From Acidobacteriota bacterium (GTDB taxonomy: Bacteria; Acidobacteriota; CAIWXX01), in contig JBFMAF010000055.1 of the NCBI GenBank assembly GCA_040755995.1, positions 224,001 to 288,000 of the forward strand: 64,000 bases of DNA, written 5' to 3'. Every line of letters starts with the position of its first letter. Within the stretch, counting starts at the first letter, position 1. Both the position numbers and the translations under genes were made by a program. Below the pieces are notes generated by a model. The model was not told where the DNA came from. It saw nothing but the letters and a program-made list of their open reading frames with translations, and searched no databases. Below, piece by piece: positions 9,473 to 17,413 of the stretch.

Positions 9473-10426
9473 TCAGTGCTCCCAGCGATCCCGGAGTTCG
9501 ATCAAGATATCCGCCAAATGGCTCTCGAACGCTCTATAGAGGTTCTCCACAAGTTCTCCACTAGCGACGACTGGAGGAGATTCTGGCAGAGGACCAACGC
9601 ACTCGATGATCAACCTGCCAGAAGCGTCGCTGATCGCATGCTTCTCCGTCACGCCGTCGTCAGAAGAAAATGAGGCACTTGCTTGTTGGCTGCCGCCAAT
9701 GGCCGGAAGCACGCAGTGCCACACAGGCACGGAGCGTCGAAGGGAGACTCTGGAAACGCCAGCCAAGACAGCGGAATCCGATGACTGGGAGCCAGTCACC
9801 TTCCGGTGTGTGGAGGCCAACACAGGGGCAACGTAATGGGTGATTTCGTCCCTTCGACTTATCAGCTGGCCAGCCCATCCGTCAAGCGCATCCGAAACAA
9901 GGGTAGATATCCTGTCGCCGGAGCCGAACATGTTGCGTAGCTTGGCGTACCGATGCACACCGACTTTTCCGAGGGAGTAACTAGCGACGAGTCGCGCAAG
10001 ATGGTCAAGGGTACTTCGCATTGAAGAAAGCAGCGCTTCAAATTCCGACTCAAGTCTCGCATCTTGGAGAGAGATCGTGAACGAGGCGTTGGCATTCGGA
10101 AGTAACGAACCGACGTCGTCTCCTGAGGAATCGGTGGTCCCTCGTTTCTCGACCTCGGCAAACCGTGATTCGTGCTCGCTGAGGACCTCCCTCCACCGTT
10201 CGAGACGGTATCTAGATCCCACCAGCTTGCGATACAGGCTCGCCACTCGTGCTAGGTACTCCTCTAGCGCTACGTGAATGAGTTCGGGAGCGGCGCCACC
10301 TCGCGGGATAATCCTATCGATTAGCAGGTCAAGACGACTGAATTCGGCCGGAGCAGATAGCGTCTCGTGCGTTGTGTTGGGTTGCAGGGATATCTTGGAA
10401 AGGAGTTGGTCGATCATATTGGCCAT
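9473..10426 (-). CDS. HEPN-like (Cthe_2314-type) protein (cassette)
   Basis: RSTLDHLARLV and RDEITHY (Rx4H) motifs. Confidence 0.65.
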   Translation of the reverse strand: MANMIDQLLSKISLQPNTTHETLSAPAEFSRLDLLIDRIIPRGGAAPELIHVALEEYLARVASLYRKLVGSRYRLERWREVLSEHESRFAEVEKRGTTDSSGDDVGSLLPNANASFTISLQDARLESEFEALLSSMRSTLDHLARLVASYSLGKVGVHRYAKLRNMFGSGDRISTLVSDALDGWAGQLISRRDEITHYVAPVLASTHRKVTGSQSSDSAVLAGVSRVSLRRSVPVWHCVLPAIGGSQQASASFSSDDGVTEKHAISDASGRLIIECVGPLPESPPVVASGELVENLYRAFESHLADILIELRDRWEH

Positions 10427-10484
10427 GGGTCACATCCGCGCTGTCAATTCACTGGATCCCGCCTCTAACAACTGTTCCTCGTTC

Positions 10485-10650
10485 GCCCAACAATGATTAG
10501 ATTGATCCGCATAGGATGCGGAACTTCACTTTCCTCCCGGTATCGCACACCGCTGATTCATCTGGCAGTTTCGCGATAACCCCTTCTGTTTCGGTCGCTT
10601 CTGCCCTATGCTTTGACTCATCCTCCAATCCTATGCGGATCGGCATAACC
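10485..10650 (-). other. attI-like site, type B, copy 1 (downstream of co-directional intI)
   Basis: GTTGGGC core at 10491-10485; homologous to 14255-14420 up to the AAC; 14-bp inverted repeat 10504-10517/10628-10641. Confidence 0.75.
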
Positions 10651-10664
10651 ACCTCCTCGTTGCC

Positions 10665-11027
10665 TCAAAGTCCCTCAACCGGGCTGCGTACGCCGGCCGG
10701 GCCACGGTTGAGGACATGGGTATAGATCATCGTCGTCGAAACGTCGCTGTGACCTGGGAGTTCCTGGGTGGCCCGCCCGGGTTGCCCTGCGCGATGGCCC
10801 ACCGAGTTCACCGGACCAAGTGAAGGGTGCACCTCCACCGGTTCTCCCGCGAAGAGGTTGAGGAGTCGAGGTAGCATCCCCTCGGTGTCCAGCACTGTCC
10901 AATAGCTCTCTTCGGGATGCCAGCGCCGATCATGGATAGTCTTGATCTTCTCCACTCGTTGCCACTCATACGGCACGATCACTCTCAACCGCCCCCTGGG
11001 TCCTGGATCAATGACCACAGAACTCAT
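10665..11027 (-). pseudogene. intI: Integron integrase with large internal deletion
   Basis: C-terminus [29 protein letters not shown] fused to an N-terminal extension; catalytic core missing. Confidence 0.88.
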
Positions 11028-11044
11028 CGCTGCGAACTCCCTGC

Positions 11045-11073
11045 ATTCTGAACAGAGGCGACGAATGTGTCAA
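11045..11073 (-). promoter_or_regulatory. Candidate intI promoter
   Basis: TTGACA-17bp-CAGAAT, 17 bp upstream of the ATG. Confidence 0.6.
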
Positions 11074-11122
11074 CAAGGCTTGCCCATGCCCGTCGAGCCG
11101 GCGAGCATTCGCGCGACTCCTC

Positions 11123-11716
11123 ATGGCTTTCCGGCGGCTTAGATGGTCTCTACATGACATGCGTCGCTTCTTTCCTCACAAGGTGCCCGCCGGGCTTCTG
11201 GCCCCTCGGCCTCCGAGATTCAGAAGGTTCCTGTTGATCATGTTTGTCCGCAACGGCACGTTGCTGCCCCCCTCCTCTCCCTCGCCAGAAGCATCGACAA
11301 GCCCGAAACCAAGGCATGGACTCCTCTCCTACAAATAAATAGTGTCGTGACCCCATGGGTATCTTGGCGTCCCTTGACTTCGGCTCGCTTCCAGGGGCCG
11401 GGATTTTACGGGTTCACCTTTCCTGACCTCCAGCCCCGGCATCCCCCCGGGGGGCGCGCCCGTGTGGGCAACCTGGTTTCGGCGTGGACGGCATCGTCTC
11501 GCTGGTCTGGCCGTCAACCGTGACCATGACGCCGTATGCCTTGTCACTCTTGCACTTCGCCGGGTTCCTGACGGTGAACCTGCTCGTCGAGGCCTTATGG
11601 GGTTGATCGGGCGAACAGCGGGGACGCCTCGCGATGCCGGACTAGGCGCCCGGGCCTCGTGGCGGACGCACGGAGAGCAGTCTGCTCAGTCGCCGCCGGA
11701 TAGTGCCAGTCGCCGG
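11123..11716. repeat. Segment X copy 2
   Basis: Homologous to 428-943 and 14876-15340. Confidence 0.8.
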
Positions 11717-12399
11717 GATCGACAGCGAGCTTAGGCTCCTGGATACAATGGAGCACGAGATTCGCGAGATGGAGCAGACACTCATTCAAGCAGCATGGCA
11801 GGAGGATCGAGTTCGACTGTTGATGACGCTGTCCGGGATCGACTTCTGCGGCGCACAGTCGCCGGTTGCGACGATGGGAGATCCCAGGCGGTTCGAGGAT
11901 GCGGACCACTTCGCAAGCTATCTCGGGTTGGTGCCTGCGACGCGGGCGTCGGCGAATCACTGTTACCACGGGCCGATCACGAAGTAGGGGCGGAGTCACA
12001 CCCGATGGACGCTGATTCAGGCCGCACAGCACCCGGCCGATCATCCCGGACCGTTGGGACAGTTCTTCCGACGGTTGCTCAAGAAGAAGAATCGCAACAT
12101 CGCCCTCGTGGCGGTGGCGAGGAAGCTGGCCGTGATCGCGTCCCACATGCTCAAGAACAACGAGCCCTACCGGTACGCGCTGCCGGATTCAACCGGGCAA
12201 GAGCTGGCGCATCTCCGATCCCAGGCGACAGGCCAAAAACGCAAGACCGGACCATCGCAGGAAGCTGCCGAGAAGCGACGCGTCGGAACGCGGAGCCGCA
12301 CGGTGCCCTCACTCGCAACGGTCTACCAGCGTGAGGGAGTGCCCCTACTCCGAGCCCCAGAATCGCCGCCGCCTGGCGAGAAGCGAATGATCGAGGAAC
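11717..12399 (+). mobile_element. IS110 remnant 5
   Basis: Same transposase segment; TAG at 11985-11987 at the same codon as remnant 1. Confidence 0.9.
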
Positions 12400-12460
12400 C
12401 CTCCCGTTCAAGGTAGAAGGCGTCGCCCTGCGCTACTGGAAATGCGATGAACTGGGGCAT
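12400..12460 (-). pseudogene. N-terminal stub of a ComEC/MBL-fold hydrolase cassette
   Basis: MPQFIAFPVAQGDAFYLEREG (V.QGDA motif), cut by the IS110 remnant. Confidence 0.6.
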
Positions 12461-12470
12461 GTCTTGCTCG

Positions 12471-12512
12471 TTGTAACGACAGGCATGACGCGCGAGAAAT
12501 GGCACGTTCCCC
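12471..12512 (-). other. Partially deleted attC
   Basis: Minus GGGGAAC...GCGCGTCATGCCTGTC-GTTACAA; right arm typical, left arm missing. Confidence 0.55.
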
Positions 12513-12515
12513 GCA

Positions 12516-14201
12516 CTATTTCTCGTCGCTGTCCATGCCTTCGTTAGATTGTATTTCGACCAGGCCTCTTTCGAGGAGGGCCTGAAACGCTTCCTGCCTC
12601 CTGTGTTCGTCGCTCGCCTTCATCATTCTGAGGCCCACATCTCGAAAGCACTCGCTGGACAGGCCATGGCCAATGTCCGCGCCGGCCAACGTGATTTTCA
12701 AATACTCCCGATAAAATGGGACCTCGTGAGACAATGAACCAGTAGCTTCCAAAACATTACACACCGCACTGAACGTCCTTCTTGCTGATTTCCTGGTAAT
12801 GCGCAATGTAGTGCACCAGAGAAGAGGTCTCAGCACGTAATCCAACACCCATTCTTCCATAGCTATGAGGGGGAGTCCTTCATGATTCTTACTATGATTC
12901 GCGATTCGATCTATCAGGGCGACAACACGAGGCGCAATCGCTCCAGATTCACGCCTCGGGCCGTCAATGCGGTCAAAGAGGAGTGCGTCAATTTCCCGGA
13001 ACATAACCTCCAAGTCACCTATTCCCATCACCCCTCGAAGCCTATCTATGCCGGAGGCCCCAGTAACTACCTTTGCTGAGGCGAGGATATAGTCGGCTCT
13101 TTCCTCTAAGAGATGCATCCTTTCTTTGTAAGGGAGAATCTCAGTTTCCAAACCCCGAGCGAACACCTTGGCCCGCGTGACCTCCGAAAAGGCGCGGACC
13201 ATTTGGCTATGCGGATAGTAAAGGCGTAGATGAATCGGATCACGAAGAGCGCAAAGCTCCACAATAGAACGTTGCTTAGCGTTGAGAGAGCCCCAGCGTC
13301 TCTCGAACCAAGGGTATCCTAAACTTAAGATGCTAGCGTCCGGTTCTTCTCCAACAATGTGAAACAATTCATCACACACATAACCGGTCGGTTCATTCTC
13401 CGCAAGATGGAGCAGCATGTACATCCCGTTCGCTCGCTTATCAGAATCGGAAAGGCCACAAAAAAACAGCGCGGAAGAAACAAGGAAGGCGAATTCCCGT
13501 TCAGAAAAGGCCGAAAGCTTTGCATTCTCGATGAGCATTTGCCGCGCCGCCATAAGCTGTTGCGGATGACTTAGGTTGTCGCCATCTTCCACCGAATATG
13601 CCACCCACCGCAGCGTCCTCGAGTTGATATCCTCTCTTCCCTCCTTATCCTTGATAACGGCTTCGCATGCGGATTTTGCGTCATCTGCTTTCGGCGCTCT
13701 CAGTTGATGGCCAGTGCTCCAATCAGTATTGAACGGTAGGCGATTACCGTTCCGTACCTCAACTGACAGCCGATCCAGTTCATCTTGGTGGTAGCACTCG
13801 AAATATGGTGTGTCAGAAAGACTATCAGGTACGACCGAATGTGGGACCATATGTGCAACCATTACCCTTGACGCTGACGCTTGTCTTTCGACTTCAATCG
13901 CAGGCAGATATTCTGCGCGGCACCACACTGAATCGCGAAAACGATCATCGACGGACAATACTACAAAGCGAGAGCGAATCAGAGCCGAGCTCACCACTTC
14001 TTGAACTCTTCGATCGCGTAGATCTTGATCATCATCATGCCAAACCATGACGCCGCGGGCGCCAAGTTCTTGAGCAAGCCTCTTCGAGTGTTCGTCTCCT
14101 CTGTTATGACTAATGAACGCATCGAACTGAAACGAACGGTCACCGTATTCTTTCGACCATGAAACTGGGAGAAACGGATGCAAATCTATGTGCCCGATCA
14201 T
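12516..14201 (-). CDS. TIR-domain protein with long helical C-terminus
   Basis: FDAFISHN..GVMVWHD..ALIRSRFVVLSV..SVWCRAEY TIR motif including the catalytic-position Glu. Confidence 0.85.
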   Translation of the reverse strand: MIGHIDLHPFLPVSWSKEYGDRSFQFDAFISHNRGDEHSKRLAQELGARGVMVWHDDDQDLRDRRVQEVVSSALIRSRFVVLSVDDRFRDSVWCRAEYLPAIEVERQASASRVMVAHMVPHSVVPDSLSDTPYFECYHQDELDRLSVEVRNGNRLPFNTDWSTGHQLRAPKADDAKSACEAVIKDKEGREDINSRTLRWVAYSVEDGDNLSHPQQLMAARQMLIENAKLSAFSEREFAFLVSSALFFCGLSDSDKRANGMYMLLHLAENEPTGYVCDELFHIVGEEPDASILSLGYPWFERRWGSLNAKQRSIVELCALRDPIHLRLYYPHSQMVRAFSEVTRAKVFARGLETEILPYKERMHLLEERADYILASAKVVTGASGIDRLRGVMGIGDLEVMFREIDALLFDRIDGPRRESGAIAPRVVALIDRIANHSKNHEGLPLIAMEEWVLDYVLRPLLWCTTLRITRKSARRTFSAVCNVLEATGSLSHEVPFYREYLKITLAGADIGHGLSSECFRDVGLRMMKASDEHRRQEAFQALLERGLVEIQSNEGMDSDEK

Positions 14202-14254
14202 GCCGAAACCTCAAGAACAAAAATACGTCACTACTCCCGACACCACACCAAGCG

Positions 14255-14420
14255 ATCTAACAATAACTAGATTGATCCGCATAAGGTGCGGGACTTCGCT
14301 TTGGTGCCGGTATCGCAGGCCGCTGATTCATCTGGCGGTTTCGCGACAACCCCTTCTGTTTCAGTCATTTGTGTGCTATCCTTTGACTTGTCCTCCGATC
14401 TTATGCGGATCGGCATAACA
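14255..14420 (-). other. attI-like site, type B, copy 2
   Basis: GTTAGAT core; homologous to 10485-10650. Confidence 0.75.
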
Positions 14421-14434
14421 ACCTCCTCGTTGCC

Positions 14435-14873
14435 TCAATGTCCGTCAACCGGGCTGCGTACGCCGGCTGGGCCGCGGCTGAGGGCATGGGTATAGATCAT
14501 CGTCGTCGAAACGTCGCTGTGGCCTGGGAGTTCCCGGACCGTGCGGATATCGCACCTGCTTTTGACCGAGTGGGTGGCGAAGGAACGGTCGAAGGTGTTG
14601 CACGTAGCCCTCTTGGTCAAGCCAGCGTTCACCACCACTGCGTCCCCGACGGCTTTCTGAATGAGCGATTCACCCACATGGTGCCGTCCTTCCTCACCGG
14701 TCTTCCGGTTCCTCCGCCGGTTCTCCTGCGGAAAGATCCATTGCCACCGCCAGTCCTTCGACGCAGTGGGGTACTTGCGGTCGAGGGCATCCGGCAACAG
14801 GACGCGACCCTAGCTTTCCAGCAGGTCCCGTTCGTGGACCATCTTGACTGTCTTGAGATGCTCCTGAAGCGGG
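14435..14873 (-). pseudogene. intI: Integron integrase C-terminal half, inactivated
   Basis: [42 protein letters not shown] (integron-specific insertion)..[25 protein letters not shown]; stop codon present and HxxR lost. Confidence 0.92.
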
Positions 14874-14875
14874 TG

Positions 14876-15340
14876 TCCCTCGCCAGAAGCATCGACAAGC
14901 ATGAAACCAAGGCATCGACTGCTCTCCTACAATTAATAAGTGTCGTGACCCCCTGGGTATCTTGGCATCCGTTCACCTCGGCTCGCTTCCAAGGGCCGCG
15001 ATTCTACGGCTTCACCTTTCCTACTAGCCTCCAGCCCCGGCATCCCCCCTAGGGGGGCGATCCCGTGTGGGCAACCTCGTTTCGGCGTGGACGGCATCGT
15101 CTCGCTGGTCCGGCCGTCAACCGTGACCATGACGCCATATGCCTTGTCACTCTTGCACTTCGCCGGGATCGTGAGGGTGAACCTGCTCGTCGGGGCCTTA
15201 TCGGGTTGATCAGGCGAACAGCGGGACCCCCTCCCGCGGTGTCGCCGACGCGCCGCCATGCCGAGTGAAACGCCCGGGCCTCGTGGCGGAGGCACGGAGA
15301 GGAGTCTGCTCAGTCGCCGCCGGATGGTGTCAGTAGCAGG
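14876..15340. repeat. Segment X copy 3 (left-truncated)
   Basis: Begins TCCCTCGCCAGAAGCATCGAC as at 11278; same junction to IS110. Confidence 0.8.
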
Positions 15341-16315
15341 GATCGACAGCGAGCTCAGGCTCCTGGATTCAATCCAGCACGAGATTCGCGAGATGGAGCA
15401 GACACTCATTCAAGCAGCATGGCAGGAGGATCGAGTGCGACTGTTGATGACGCTGTCCGGGATCCATTTCTACGGCGCACAGTCACTGATAGCGGCGATG
15501 GGAGATCCCAGACGGTTCCAGGATGGGGACCACTTCGCAAGCTATCTCGGGTTGGTGCCGTCGACGCGGGCGTCGGCGAATGGCTATTACCACGGGCCGA
15601 CCACGAAGCAGGGGCGGAGTCACACCCGATGGATGTTGATTCAGGCCGCACGGCACCTGGCCGGTCATCCCGGTCCGTTGGGACAGTTCTTCCGACGGCT
15701 GCTCAAGAAGAAGAATCGCAACATCGCCGTCGTGGCGGTGGCGAGGAAGCCGGCCGCAATCGCGTACCACATCCTCAAGAACAACGAGCCCCACCGGTAC
15801 GCACTGCCGGATTCAACCGGGGAAGAGCTGGCGCGCCTCCGATCCCAGGCGACAGGCCAAAGGCGCAAGACCGGATCATCGAAGGAAGCTGCTGGGAAGC
15901 GACGGGTCGGAACGCGGAGCCGCACGGTGCCCTCACTCGCAACGGTCTACCAGCGCGAAGGAGTGCCCGGACTCCGAGCCCCAGAGTCGCTGCCGGCTGG
16001 CGAGAAGCGCATGATCGAGGAACGCAAACTTCGACCGTTCATCAAGAGTATCAACACCGCCCAAAGACGCGAGCAGAAGAGCCCCCAGCGGACGAATGCA
16101 AACGCGAGTGGGAACTGAGATGAGAGATCTGCTGAGCCTCGACGACACCAGCCGGCAGGCTCCTGACCAAGACGCATGGATGACCCGCAACGACCGAGGC
16201 TCCCGTCTGTCAGGCCCACCGAATCACGGATACGTCTGTCAAGAAGAGCCCAGCGCTGGGGGCCAGCACCGCCCGCGGTGGCCGATCACCGGAGTTGCAG
16301 TCCTCAGAGGTGCTC
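15341..16315 (+). mobile_element. IS110 remnant 6 with downstream non-coding end
   Basis: Open C-terminal transposase frame to TGA 16118; downstream end matches 7508-7704. Confidence 0.92.
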
Positions 16316-16349
16316 GTTGGCGCACCCTGAATGTACCCAGGTGGATGGC

Positions 16350-16991
16350 TCAGCTCCTCAGCTTGCTTTCTCTGCTAATGTCTATCAAAGAAAACGTCCT
16401 GATGACTTCAGTCGCAATCTGTCTGATGGACGGCGGAACGGGGTCATTCAGAGGAGACTTCTCGCCCGTTGCGCTTCTTATCCACCATCCGGCTGTGTTT
16501 TGTCGGCTCAGATCATAGTATTTCTCGTCAAGAGAGGCATCGACATGTGCTCCGCCATCCCGGTCAGCTGTTTCCAGGATGAGCCTCTTGCGGGTGAAGG
16601 ACTCTTTGTTCTGATCGACAATTACCTTCTTGCGGTTCCACCAGTTGTCGATGCTCACGAGGTTGTAACTGGGGTTGTCGGAAGGCACGTATGTGATCTC
16701 TTTGTCCGGCATGTCTACTCGAGTGCTCAACAAGCCCAAATGGGTTAGAAGATTCTCCGGATCGTACGGCCGACAGGTATCTACAATGCTGATGTGCTCC
16801 AATTTCAATAGCCGGAGCAGAGACTTCTGGTTGTTCGTGTTGCTGAAAATAAGCCGGATCTTTACGGCCATGTCCTGGGCGTAGTGGTACTCCCCACGGT
16901 CGTACAATTCGCAAAGGCCGGAAAGTTTGTTGACCTGATCTGAGAGCTTGTTCACGAGTTCAACTTTTGTTACTGGCTTCTTGGTGTCCAT
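16350..16991 (-). CDS. Hypothetical cassette protein, possible HEPN-like RNase
   Basis: 213 aa, lower GC, good RBS; ADRDGGAHVD motif; flanked by complementary GTTGGGCGCACCC / GGGTGCGCCAAC. Confidence 0.7.
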   Translation of the reverse strand: MDTKKPVTKVELVNKLSDQVNKLSGLCELYDRGEYHYAQDMAVKIRLIFSNTNNQKSLLRLLKLEHISIVDTCRPYDPENLLTHLGLLSTRVDMPDKEITYVPSDNPSYNLVSIDNWWNRKKVIVDQNKESFTRKRLILETADRDGGAHVDASLDEKYYDLSRQNTAGWWIRSATGEKSPLNDPVPPSIRQIATEVIRTFSLIDISRESKLRS

Positions 16992-17044
16992 GATATCTCC
17001 TCATCCTGAGGCCTCACCGATGAGAATCATTTCCGATTGGGTGC

Positions 17045-17082
17045 GCCCAACACCGCGGGTCAGCTGCATCCGCTTGTTGAAC
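17045..17082 (-). other. attC site with central deletion
   Basis: Minus GTTCAAC-AAGCGGATGCAGCTGACCCGCGGT-GTTGGGC; only 38 bp. Confidence 0.65.
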
Positions 17083-17394
17083 TGAGCCGCTGGCGCGGCG
17101 GGTTGCTGATCCTTCACTTCCGCCGGGGAATCAACCATGGTAGACCGCCCGTGTCCTTTCCGATGAGCCGTATCGCTGTCCCCGTTTCTCAGGAGGTCCA
17201 CTATGTCTACACTCCGCGGACGTATGATCGAAGACATGCAGCTTCCCGGGCTTTCACCTCGCACGCAGCAGCCCTATGCCCGAGCGGTCGGCAAGCTAGC
17301 CGAGCACCATCATAGGTCTCCGGACCTGATCACGCAAGATCAAACGCGACTGGACCGCCGTCAATCTGGTCAAGCCCAAGCTTCGACCTCCTGA
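17077..17394 (+). mobile_element. Element end plus truncated tyrosine recombinase N-terminus (SAM-like domain, ATG 17203)
   Basis: MSTLRGRMIEDMQLPGLSPRTQQPYARAVGKLAEHHHRSPDLIT, of the integrase type often paired with IS91-like transposases; AGGAGG RBS. Confidence 0.8.
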
Positions 17395-17413
17395 GCCCCG
17401 GCGCCGTCCGCTC

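Noticed and set aside
10463..10469. CTCTAAC as the attI core
   Set aside because: Homology with copy 2 ends at the AAC at 10489-10491, and that box matches the cassette's own R''.
428..16315. Repeats as a CRISPR array or as intact IS110 elements
   Set aside because: The repeats are long, irregular and protein-derived, with no cas genes. Every IS copy lacks the N-terminal catalytic domain.
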